IMG/VR virus record: IMGVR_UViG_3300047560_001714
Location: 96,001 to 160,000 of that record
Direction: 5' to 3' (one strand)
Length of the DNA: 64,000 nucleotides
DNA from: a virus
Shown: positions 1 through 8,263 of the stretch, in pieces
How positions within the stretch are numbered: position 1 is the stretch's first letter
How the letters are laid out: every line of letters begins with the position of its first letter
Translations under genes and position numbers: made by a program
Notes under the pieces: model-generated
Told to the model about the DNA's origin: nothing
Seen by the model: only the letters and a program-made list of their open reading frames with translations
Database searches by the model: none

Positions 1-1
1 T

Positions 2-781
2 GAGGTAACGCAATATTCTCGTTCTGGTAAAGAATTTAACAATTTCACTGCTATCAAAGAACGATTCGCAACGGTTGCCTATACGCTAACTAAACCATTG
101 GTATTTGATGGCGAGGTTATGAGTACATCATTCCAAGATCTAATGAAACAGGCAAGACGTGAAGAAAATGTTGAAACTGAGAATTTGCAATTAAATCTGT
201 TTGATGTAATCCCACTTGAGGATTTTCTAAAAGGCAAGTGTCAAATGCCGCAGGCATCCAGATCTGCATATCTTAACCTATGGTATTCTGAAAATTCGTA
301 TGCCTTACCAAATATCAATGTTCTCCCACAGCTCGAGGTTGATTTAGATACTGAGGAAGGTATTGCTGAGTATAATGCATTCAACGATAAAGCCTTGATC
401 GAGGGATATGAAGGTATTATGGTTAAAGACCCACTTGCACCATATGAATGCAAAGTTGGTACTAACTGGATGAAACGTAAACCATTTATTGAGGTAACAC
501 TTGCTGTCATTGGATATGAAGAAGGTGAAGGACAATTTGAAGGTTCGCTTGGTGCATTGATTTGTCAAGGTGTTGATGATGGAATTGCAATAACTGTAAC
601 AGTTGGTGGCGGTTTCACCCCACAAACTCGTGCTGAAATTTGGGCAGACCGTGAAAACGTTGTCGGACGCATGGTAGAAGTTCGTGCTGGTGAAATTACA
701 CAAAATCAAAATGGAAATTACAGTTTAAGATTCCCACGTTTCAAATGTTTTAGAGGATTTGAAAAAGGTGAAAAATTGTAG
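2..781 (+). CDS. ATP-dependent DNA ligase, 5' truncated by window edge
   Basis: Frame is open from position 2. Ligase motifs VFDGE (III), EGIMVK (IV), WMKRK (V) and the OB-fold RFPRF (VI) are present. Confidence 0.93.
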   Translation, partial: EVTQYSRSGKEFNNFTAIKERFATVAYTLTKPLVFDGEVMSTSFQDLMKQARREENVETENLQLNLFDVIPLEDFLKGKCQMPQASRSAYLNLWYSENSYALPNINVLPQLEVDLDTEEGIAEYNAFNDKALIEGYEGIMVKDPLAPYECKVGTNWMKRKPFIEVTLAVIGYEEGEGQFEGSLGALICQGVDDGIAITVTVGGGFTPQTRAEIWADRENVVGRMVEVRAGEITQNQNGNYSLRFPRFKCFRGFEKGEKL

Positions 782-809
782 TTGACAAAAACAAAAAACC
801 GAGTATAAT
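782..809 (+). promoter_or_regulatory. sigma70-type promoter upstream of pmoC
   Basis: TTGACA (782-787), 16 bp spacer, TATAAT (804-809). Confidence 0.85.
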
Positions 810-832
810 ATACCACAACTTGGAACCAATCG

Positions 833-840
833 TATAAATA
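833..840 (+). promoter_or_regulatory. T4-like late promoter motif upstream of pmoC
   Basis: Exact TATAAATA inside the inverted repeat tcgtat-aaata-atacga (830-846). Confidence 0.55.
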
Positions 841-888
841 ATACGAAATACCATACTAATTTAGTATGGAATACAGAATCTCCCAACC

Positions 889-922
889 CGTGACTTGACG
901 GGCGTTAAGTCACGATTTTTTT
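889..922 (+). terminator. intrinsic terminator-like hairpin within the pmoC leader
   Basis: cgtgacttgac-gggc-gttaagtcacg (11 bp, one G-U) followed by ATTTTTTT, 25 nt before the pmoC ATG. Confidence 0.65.
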
Positions 923-947
923 ACATTTTTTACCACTGGAGGTAACT

Positions 948-1700
948 ATGTCTGCTGTTTCAACAGATGTACAATTAGCGGTTGCGGAAGCACCGATGTT
1001 AAATAAAAGAAATATGTTTGCTGGCGCTGCCTTATATGTTTTATTTTATGGGTGGGTTCGCTGGTACGAGGGTGTTTATGGATGGTCTGCAGGTTTGGAC
1101 TCATTCGCACCTGAGTTCGAAACATACTGGATGAACTTTCTCTATATCGAAATGGTACTAGAAATCGTAACTGCTTCAGTATTATGGGGATATATCTGGA
1201 AAAGCCGTGATCGTAAAGTGATGTCAATCACACCGCGTGAAGAATTGCGTCGTCATTTCACACATTGGGTATGGTTGGTAATGTATGGTATCGCTATCTA
1301 TTATGGCGCATCTTACTTCACTGAACAAGATGGTACATGGCATCAAACAATCGTTCGTGACACTGACTTTACTCCAAGTCACGTGATTGAGTTTTACTTA
1401 AGTTATCCAATTTACATTATTACTGGTGTTGCTGCTTTCTTATACGCAAAAACACGGTTACCATCATATCAAAAAGGCTTACCTTTACAATATATGGTAT
1501 CAGTAATTGGTCCGTTCATGATTCTTCCTAATGTTGGTCTGAACGAATGGGGTCACACATTCTGGTTTATGGAAGAATTGTTCGTAGCTCCATTGCATTA
1601 CGGGTTTGTATTCTTTGGTTGGGCTGCACTTGGGGTTTTAGGTGTGGTTAACATTGAAGTACAAGCAATTTCAAGATTGCTTAAATCCGAATTAGCTTAA
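948..1700 (+). CDS. pmoC: particulate methane monooxygenase subunit C (auxiliary metabolic gene)
   Basis: VRWYEGVYGWSAGLDSFAPEFETYW; EQDGTWHQTIVRDTDFTPSH (CuC ligands D/H/H); GLNEWGHTFWFMEELFVAPLHYGF (CuD ligands N/H/H); SD GGAGG. Confidence 0.98.
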   Translation: MSAVSTDVQLAVAEAPMLNKRNMFAGAALYVLFYGWVRWYEGVYGWSAGLDSFAPEFETYWMNFLYIEMVLEIVTASVLWGYIWKSRDRKVMSITPREELRRHFTHWVWLVMYGIAIYYGASYFTEQDGTWHQTIVRDTDFTPSHVIEFYLSYPIYIITGVAAFLYAKTRLPSYQKGLPLQYMVSVIGPFMILPNVGLNEWGHTFWFMEELFVAPLHYGFVFFGWAALGVLGVVNIEVQAISRLLKSELA

Positions 1701-1719
1701 CAAGGTTATTATGGGAGAT

Positions 1720-1746
1720 AAAAAGGGGACTTCGGTCCCCTTTTTT
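1720..1746 (+). terminator. intrinsic terminator of pmoC
   Basis: aaaaaggggac-ttcg-gtcccctttttt. Confidence 0.92.
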
Positions 1747-1811
1747 AATGCTGGTATTTTTACAAAATACCATTTATAATGAATCAACTTTAACAATTAC
1801 GGAGATTACGC

Positions 1812-4800
1812 GTGGCTAAAAAGCAATTCATGACATACGATGAAGCAAAATCATACATTCAATCAGTTGAATTTAACGGTAAGAAAATCCAATCCTCACT
1901 GCAATATCGGAACTGGAGAAAATCTGGTGCAGTTACACCTATGACGTTTCCTCGTAGTCCTAATTCTGTTTATAAAAAAAATAAATTCAGCTGGGGGGAT
2001 TTCTTGGGAACTGGTAGAATAACAACTTTGGGTAGAACATATATGTCATATGATGAGGCAAAGACATTTATCCAATCAATTGAATTTAATGGTGTAAACA
2101 TCCAAACTGAAAAACAGTTTAATGAATGGCGGTGTCTTGCGGATAACGTCCCAGATAACTTACCTCGTTCTCCAAAAAGTGTATACCAACGATGCCATTT
2201 TACATGGGCTGATTTTCTTAATACTAATACAAAACGAAATGCACCATTTATGTCATATGATGAAGCAAAAACATACATTCAATCAATTGAATTTAATGGT
2301 AAAAAAATAACTACATCCACACAATTTTGTGAATGGCATAAAACCGCATCAATCCCCTATAATTTTTCAAGATCACCGGACAAACGTTACCGCCGTGATA
2401 ATTTCAGTTGGGGCGATTTTCTTGGAACTGGGAGAATATCAAACTCTCGCAGAACATTTATGACGTATGAGGAAGCGAAAGAGTACATACAATCAGTTGA
2501 ATTTAACGGTGAGTACATTACGACTGAAAAAAAATTTATTGAATGGACGAACAGCAACCATTATAATACTTCAATACCAAAGCGGCCACATCGTTATTAT
2601 ATCACTGCTACTTTTAAATGGGCCGATTTTCTGGGGACTGGTAGATTTAGCCGTAGAAACATACCATATATGAATTATCAGGATGCACAGAAATATATAC
2701 AATCCATTAACTTTAATGGGGGACCTATCACCTCCGGTGATATATTTAGAGAATGGATAAACTCCGGTGTTGAACTACCAGAAATGTTTCCTACACAACC
2801 AGGATATGCATATAGAAATCAAAATTTTAAATGGAGGGATTTTCTTGGCACCGAGGGCTTGACCTATTCAATAAAGAATTATATGCCATATGAAGACGCA
2901 AAAGCATATATTCAATCAATTGAATTTAATGGTGCGAAAATTAAATCAAAAGAAATGTATCATAAATGGTATGACTCTGGAGTTGAATTACCGGCAAAAC
3001 TACCAAGAACGCCGTGGACAGCGTATCGTCACCATGGGTTTTGTACTTGGGACTTTTTTGGAAAACCCTACAAATATTTGTGGAATACAGAACGGTTACG
3101 GAACTTTTTACAATCAATGGCTGCCACTATTGATAAATTATCATCAGTTGAACGGTACAGTATTTTGGCTGCGGCAGGATTACTAGACTTATCGACAAAC
3201 ACAAAAAACCAAGCCTTCAAACGTGTTATTTCCAATGCACTAAATGGTAAACAATATAGCGTAGATGATTTAACTGATTTTGATATTGATGATAATGATA
3301 TTGATATTGATATTGATATTGATGATACCATGCAATTTGCCGAGATAGAACCAATGATTAACGATATTTCCAAGCATAATATGTCTGTACCAGCAATTTT
3401 AGACACTATTGATACAGTTACCGAAATTCAAAAACAATTTAGTGGTGATGTCTTAGGTGATTTCTTTGTAAAAACTCGTGTGATGATGTGCTGGAACCTA
3501 GTAATCAATACGAACAAGCCAGTTGACGATGTAATTTCAGAAATCACACATCATAACACTGGTGAATATGGTACCAAAATTAAGAATGAGTTTTTACATG
3601 AATTTGATGAAACTTATAATATGTTGTTACCAAATGGATATTCATTCCACAAAAATGGGCAATTGGTGCAACCAAACTTAATGCAGAAATATATTTCTCA
3701 TGTTCTGACAACTAGAACTAGATATGGACAATGGTCAGATATGGGAGCAGGTAAAACTTTGAGTGCTATTCTTGCTTCAAGAACATTAAATTCAAAATTA
3801 ACAGTTGTAATTACGGTTAATAATACGGTACATGATGAATTTACTGGATGGGCAGGTGAAATTAAAAATGCATTCCCAGATTCACATGTATTATTAAAAG
3901 ACACAACATATCTCCAGTTTGATACTACCAATCCAAATTTTTTATTGTTAAATTATGAAAAATTTCAATTACCTGGTACACAGGATATGATTATCAACTT
4001 GGTTGAGAACCATAAAATTGATATGATTGTACTTGATGAAATTCATAGTGCGAAAAAACGTGATAATACCAAAGAAAGTATCCGACGTGCTAATATCAAT
4101 GCATTTATTACATCGGCAACCACTAAAAATCCAGCATGTCGAGTTCTCGGTATGTCAGGTACTCCAGTAGTAAATGATTTGGCAGAAGCAGTGTCGTTAC
4201 TGGAAATGGTTACTGGTGACGATTATAGTTTCTTATCGACGACTAATTCGATCAACAATGCTATAGAAATTCATAAGTATTTGGTACTTAATGGCATCAG
4301 ATTTAAACCAACATTGCACACTATGCACTTAAATGAAACAATTATTGATATTCCTGTTTCAGATGTAGAAATAATTAAAAATATTGCGGCATTACCAAAA
4401 GGAGCAATGCTTCAAATGGAACAACAGTTATTGCAACCAAAAATCCAAACGATTATTGATAATTGCCAACCACAAACTATCATTTATACACAATATGTTG
4501 ATGGTATTGTGGATGAAATATCAGAGGTTCTTAGTAAAAACAGTATTTCACATGGATTCTTCACTGGTAATGATAAGGCTGGATTGGAACAATTCAAGAA
4601 CAAACAAATTGATGTTTTGATCGCATCTAGCCCGATTAGCACAGGGGTCGATGGGTTGCAATATATTTGTAATAAAATGATAATTGTTTCTTTACCATGG
4701 ACACATTCATTGTACCAGCAATTGGTGTGTCGTTTATATAGACAAGGTAGTAATTTTACTGATATTGAAATTGTAATACCAAAAGTTATAATTGAGAATA

Positions 4801-4979
4801 ACGGTGATGAATGGTCGTGGGATAATACCAGATTGGAACGTATCAAATATAAACGTACTCTCGGTGATTGTGCGGTAGATGGGGTTATTCCAAACAGTAA
4901 AATCCTATCTGAAACACAAGAGTTCGACAAATGCAAAGAAGCGTTGAATATGATTATCAAAAAAATTGAAAACAAATAG
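1812..4979 (+). CDS. SF2 helicase/ATPase with six N-terminal ~70-aa repeats
   Basis: Walker A MGAGKT, DEIH, MSGTP and motif VI QLVCRLYRQG. GTG start follows GGAG. Confidence 0.85.
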   Translation: MAKKQFMTYDEAKSYIQSVEFNGKKIQSSLQYRNWRKSGAVTPMTFPRSPNSVYKKNKFSWGDFLGTGRITTLGRTYMSYDEAKTFIQSIEFNGVNIQTEKQFNEWRCLADNVPDNLPRSPKSVYQRCHFTWADFLNTNTKRNAPFMSYDEAKTYIQSIEFNGKKITTSTQFCEWHKTASIPYNFSRSPDKRYRRDNFSWGDFLGTGRISNSRRTFMTYEEAKEYIQSVEFNGEYITTEKKFIEWTNSNHYNTSIPKRPHRYYITATFKWADFLGTGRFSRRNIPYMNYQDAQKYIQSINFNGGPITSGDIFREWINSGVELPEMFPTQPGYAYRNQNFKWRDFLGTEGLTYSIKNYMPYEDAKAYIQSIEFNGAKIKSKEMYHKWYDSGVELPAKLPRTPWTAYRHHGFCTWDFFGKPYKYLWNTERLRNFLQSMAATIDKLSSVERYSILAAAGLLDLSTNTKNQAFKRVISNALNGKQYSVDDLTDFDIDDNDIDIDIDIDDTMQFAEIEPMINDISKHNMSVPAILDTIDTVTEIQKQFSGDVLGDFFVKTRVMMCWNLVINTNKPVDDVISEITHHNTGEYGTKIKNEFLHEFDETYNMLLPNGYSFHKNGQLVQPNLMQKYISHVLTTRTRYGQWSDMGAGKTLSAILASRTLNSKLTVVITVNNTVHDEFTGWAGEIKNAFPDSHVLLKDTTYLQFDTTNPNFLLLNYEKFQLPGTQDMIINLVENHKIDMIVLDEIHSAKKRDNTKESIRRANINAFITSATTKNPACRVLGMSGTPVVNDLAEAVSLLEMVTGDDYSFLSTTNSINNAIEIHKYLVLNGIRFKPTLHTMHLNETIIDIPVSDVEIIKNIAALPKGAMLQMEQQLLQPKIQTIIDNCQPQTIIYTQYVDGIVDEISEVLSKNSISHGFFTGNDKAGLEQFKNKQIDVLIASSPISTGVDGLQYICNKMIIVSLPWTHSLYQQLVCRLYRQGSNFTDIEIVIPKVIIENNGDEWSWDNTRLERIKYKRTLGDCAVDGVIPNSKILSETQEFDKCKEALNMIIKKIENK
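1821..3065 (+). repeat. six tandem ~210-bp degenerate repeats (integrase-repeat-like unit)
   Basis: Unit MxYxEAKxYIQSIEFNG...W...PxxPxxxY....WxDFLGT recurs six times. Confidence 0.9.
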
Positions 4980-4982
4980 GTG

Positions 4983-5011
4983 TTGTAAATTTTTCAAAAT
5001 CAACGTATAAT
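4983..5011 (+). promoter_or_regulatory. sigma70-type promoter of uvsE
   Basis: TTGTAA-17 bp-TATAAT. Confidence 0.7.
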
Positions 5012-5042
5012 CTATTTTTCACTACTAACACTTGGTAATACT

Positions 5043-6062
5043 ATGACACACAAAATTGGTTTCGCATGCAAATGGATTGACAACGCATCACAAGTCGATG
5101 GCATCAAATCATCCGACGATTGCAAAAAATATAACACTGGTACAACCACTGTTGCGTGGCTTGACCGCCAAACCCCACATACTGCTGAGAAAAAATTATG
5201 GGACTTACTCAAACAAAATATCGAGGCAACTCGCAAGTTAGTTCACAAAGTTTCTACACTTGCTGAACCATTGCGTATGGTGCGTCTAAGTAGTGACATA
5301 CTCCCAGTATATACACATACTAAATATGCTGAATTTTATCGTCGTCCAGATGTTGTTGCCTATGCCGCACGTGAGTTTGCTCGTATTGGCGAGATTGCAC
5401 GACAAACTAATACCCGTCTATCATTCCATCCTGGCCAGTTTTGTGTATTAGCGTCAGACCGCCCAGATGTTGTCGATAACAGTATTGCAGAATTTGAATA
5501 CCACGCTGATATGGTACGTTGGCTTGGTTTTGGTACCACTTTCCAAGATATGAAAATTAACGTGCATATTGCTGGTAAACTTGGCCCTACTGGTATGCTT
5601 GCTGCATATGACCGATTAAGCGATGTTGCTAAAAATTGTATTACTATTGAAAATGAGGAGATTTCCTTTGGACTTGATGACTGCCTTACCCTTGCTAGTA
5701 GAATTCCTGTGGTTTTGGATATACACCACCACTTTATTAAGACAGGAGAATATATCCAACCCAATGACCCGCGTGTACAACTTGTTATTGATAGTTGGCG
5801 TGGTTGTCGCCCCACTATGCATTATTCTGTTAGTCGGGAAGATGTACTACCAACCCATTGCAAATCAACTTTGCCAGAACTTCAACTATTGCTTGAGGCT
5901 GGACTAAACAAACAGAAATTGCGTGCGCATTCCAATTTTATGTGGAATTCTGCTGTTAATCAATGGGCGTTAACATTCTTAGATAGTTTTGACATTATGG
6001 TCGAAGCCAAAGCAAAAAACCTTGCATCGTTTGCGCTATATGAGTTATCTAAAAATAGATAA
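5043..6062 (+). CDS. uvsE: UV-damage endonuclease (UvsE/UVDE family)
   Basis: IGFAC, MVRLSS, RLSFHPGQF, ITIENEE, LDIHHH, MHYS, AHS, MVEAKAK TIM-barrel motifs. Confidence 0.93.
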   Translation: MTHKIGFACKWIDNASQVDGIKSSDDCKKYNTGTTTVAWLDRQTPHTAEKKLWDLLKQNIEATRKLVHKVSTLAEPLRMVRLSSDILPVYTHTKYAEFYRRPDVVAYAAREFARIGEIARQTNTRLSFHPGQFCVLASDRPDVVDNSIAEFEYHADMVRWLGFGTTFQDMKINVHIAGKLGPTGMLAAYDRLSDVAKNCITIENEEISFGLDDCLTLASRIPVVLDIHHHFIKTGEYIQPNDPRVQLVIDSWRGCRPTMHYSVSREDVLPTHCKSTLPELQLLLEAGLNKQKLRAHSNFMWNSAVNQWALTFLDSFDIMVEAKAKNLASFALYELSKNR

Positions 6063-6065
6063 CTA

Positions 6066-6094
6066 TTGACATGGTGGGAAGTATATGATATACT
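6066..6094 (+). promoter_or_regulatory. sigma70-type promoter overlapped by a 13-bp inverted repeat
   Basis: TTGACA-17 bp-TATACT with extended TG; ggtgggaagtata/tatacttctcacc hairpin may also end the uvsE transcript. Confidence 0.75.
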
Positions 6095-6121
6095 TCTCAC
6101 CTAAATTAATTGGACATACCG

Positions 6122-6274
6122 ATGACCCTTAAAACAATTTATGCGGTGCGGCAAGAGGATGACGTAATTGCCGCATATGAAAATAAACAAGATGCATTAG
6201 ATTATGTGGACTTTATCACTGAGCAAGATTCTTCTTGTGATGTTATAGAAATACCATATTATTATGGTGCATAA
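6122..6274 (+). CDS. small hypothetical protein (50 aa, not in ORF track)
   Basis: MTLKTIYAVRQEDDVIAAYENKQDA..., directly downstream of the promoter. Confidence 0.55.
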   Translation: MTLKTIYAVRQEDDVIAAYENKQDALDYVDFITEQDSSCDVIEIPYYYGA

Positions 6275-6338
6275 ATGACACCACCTATTAAAACACACAG
6301 TAAATACAGAGAGGAAACCAAAATAATGGACGGATAAT

Positions 6339-6575
6339 ATGCAAAAAATACCTGAAAACATTGAACATAGAATTCAATTGAAAAAAATTGAAATTAAAAA
6401 TTATGAACAATCAATAAAAAACTACCCGCCACAACGTATGCAAACACATGGCGAACCATATCTTCGACAGCTAAAAAACGAGTTAATAATTCTCAATAAT
6501 GAATTAGAAGACCGTGAAAAGCAGATACGTAAAGACATTTACCATAAACGTAGGAATAAGAGAAAAACAGTATGA
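6339..6575 (+). CDS. hypothetical protein
   Basis: ORF in a coupled + strand run. Confidence 0.55.
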   Translation: MQKIPENIEHRIQLKKIEIKNYEQSIKNYPPQRMQTHGEPYLRQLKNELIILNNELEDREKQIRKDIYHKRRNKRKTV

Positions 6576-6766
6576 TGCAAACCATTACATTCGAAACATT
6601 CTTTATTATGGATGGTGAAAAAATATTAGTTGGCCCATTGTCAAATGCAGGGTGTGCTTTGCGTAAGAAAGCAACCTACAAAAAGAGATACTACCCAAAT
6701 TTGACAATTGCCAAAAAAATTAATACAGTGGAACTACGAGTAAATGGCGACGGAATCAGAAGATAA
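6572..6766 (+). CDS. hypothetical protein
   Basis: ATGA overlap with the upstream ORF. Confidence 0.5.
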   Translation: MMQTITFETFFIMDGEKILVGPLSNAGCALRKKATYKKRYYPNLTIAKKINTVELRVNGDGIRR

Positions 6767-6917
6767 AAGTAACTATACTAAAAATATCTGCCCAGAATGT
6801 GGCGGACCATTATTACTGTTCATGTCAATGAACTTAAAATGCTGCAATGATTGCAGGCGAGAATATACGTGGCTATTGTCACCGAAACAGAAACCCTTAG
6901 TACAACATCAGAGGTAA
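6744..6917 (+). CDS. small zinc-ribbon protein (57 aa, not in ORF track)
   Basis: MATESEDKSNYTKNICPECGG...KCCNDCRREY; CxxC...CxxC. Confidence 0.6.
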   Translation: MATESEDKSNYTKNICPECGGPLLLFMSMNLKCCNDCRREYTWLLSPKQKPLVQHQR

Positions 6918-6919
6918 TT

Positions 6920-7171
6920 ATGAAAGAAACCAGTATTGCAGCGATAATCACGGGTGCCCTTATTGTTATTTTAGTAGGTGCTGTCGGATTTGCGATATAC
7001 AATGAGTCACAATTTGAAACAAAGCTGCAAAATCAGACACCATCTGGCTGCACATTTTTAGGACAAGCACGCGATTTACGTAAAGTAGCTTTTTATGCCT
7101 GCGGTTCTGATAAAGAAATTATTATGGCATTTTCTGGCAATCAACCAAACTATAAAGGAGACAATAAATGA
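6920..7171 (+). CDS. small membrane-anchored protein
   Basis: SD GAGGT before ATG 6920; N-terminal hydrophobic helix. Confidence 0.6.
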   Translation: MKETSIAAIITGALIVILVGAVGFAIYNESQFETKLQNQTPSGCTFLGQARDLRKVAFYACGSDKEIIMAFSGNQPNYKGDNK

Positions 7172-7542
7172 GTGTTTTTACAGATCAAGAAAAATTTATG
7201 ACAGCATGTGACCAATCGGTTGATAAGTTCAACGACCCACAATATAAGCTGTATATCGACTTAATCAAAGAAGAAGTCCAAGAATTGAACGATGCCATCA
7301 AAGATGGGGATCTTACCGAACAATTAGATGCATTGATTGATATCTTAGTTGTAACAACTGGTGCTATTCATTCGGCTGGGTTTGATGCAAACGGCGCTTG
7401 GGACGAAGTTATGAAAACTAACTTTGCTAAAATCGACCCAACGACTGGTAAAGTTAACAAACGAGCCGATGGGAAAGTACTAAAACCAGAAGGCTGGGTT
7501 GCCCCCAACCTAATTCCATTTTTAAGAAAACGCGGAGAATAA
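7168..7542 (+). CDS. MazG-like/PRA-PH-like all-alpha NTP pyrophosphohydrolase
   Basis: LIKEEVQEL, DALIDILVV, EVMKTNFAK, RADGKVLKP. Confidence 0.85.
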   Translation: MSVFTDQEKFMTACDQSVDKFNDPQYKLYIDLIKEEVQELNDAIKDGDLTEQLDALIDILVVTTGAIHSAGFDANGAWDEVMKTNFAKIDPTTGKVNKRADGKVLKPEGWVAPNLIPFLRKRGE

Positions 7543-7543
7543 A

Positions 7544-8209
7544 ATGACAACATTGACAAAAGAATTGGTATATACGCCGATGGTGCGTGTTTATAAAAAC
7601 ATGCTATTATCGATTTTAACGACCTTTGTCACTATTTTTTTCGTTGGAACACACTTTCCATCGTTTACATTTTTGTATAATGGTGCGATGTTATGGGTGA
7701 CAATATTATTACCACTCCCAGCAATATTTGCGGTATCATCTATTTTACAGAATTGCAAAACAGATGCGCTTAACTATGCTGCATTTCTAGGATTTGCTGT
7801 TTTAATGGGTCTGTCGTTGGCGCCTGTGGTAATAGTGTCCCCATTAGAATTAGTTGGAACCGCATTTGGTTCAGCGGCGTTACTGTTTACCACAATGGCT
7901 GCGTATGGTGCATATACCAAACGAGATTTATCTAGTTGGGGCAGTTTCTTAATGGTTGGATTAATTGCGTTAATTATAGCTAGTTTTATTAACATTTTTG
8001 TGTTAAACTCTATGCTAAATTTAATTATTAGTGGTATTACTATTATTGTGTTCTTAGGACTAACTGCGTATGATGTACAATCGATTCAAGAAATGATTCG
8101 TTATGAACAAAATACTGGTTTAGAATTAATGGGCGCATTATTGTTATACATGAATTTCATCAACTTATTCCTAAGTATCTTACGAATACTTAGTGAAACG
8201 CACGATTAG
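7544..8209 (+). CDS. Bax inhibitor-1/YccA family membrane protein
   Basis: ~7 hydrophobic segments; TKRDLS, GLTAYDVQ and LYMNFINLF motifs. Confidence 0.88.
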   Translation: MTTLTKELVYTPMVRVYKNMLLSILTTFVTIFFVGTHFPSFTFLYNGAMLWVTILLPLPAIFAVSSILQNCKTDALNYAAFLGFAVLMGLSLAPVVIVSPLELVGTAFGSAALLFTTMAAYGAYTKRDLSSWGSFLMVGLIALIIASFINIFVLNSMLNLIISGITIIVFLGLTAYDVQSIQEMIRYEQNTGLELMGALLLYMNFINLFLSILRILSETHD

Positions 8210-8218
8210 ATTACATTT

Positions 8219-8246
8219 AAAGCCCTGGAAATTTCCAGGGCTTTTT
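8219..8246 (+). terminator. intrinsic terminator
   Basis: aaagccctgga-aatt-tccagggcttttt. Confidence 0.85.
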
Positions 8247-8263
8247 ACTACACAGGAGATACT

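Noticed and set aside
948-1700. amoC (ammonia oxidiser) rather than pmoC
   Set aside because: The N-terminal AEAPMLNKRN and FAPEFETYWMNFLYIE segments match my recollection of gammaproteobacterial methanotroph PmoC; a phylogeny is needed for certainty
1752-1780. Canonical promoter for the helicase gene
   Set aside because: TATAAT is present, but TTTACA is only 10 bp upstream and the region is an inverted repeat; too weak to call
1812-3065. Integrase or prophage attachment implied by the 'integrase repeat' resemblance
   Set aside because: No tyrosine or serine recombinase catalytic motifs; the C-terminal part is an SF2 helicase
3282-3326. (GATATT)n microsatellite, also (AGTACT)n near 62175 and the 15- and 18-bp repeats at 44237-44575, as phase-variation sites
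   Set aside because: All unit lengths are multiples of 3 inside low-complexity linkers, so slippage would not switch frame
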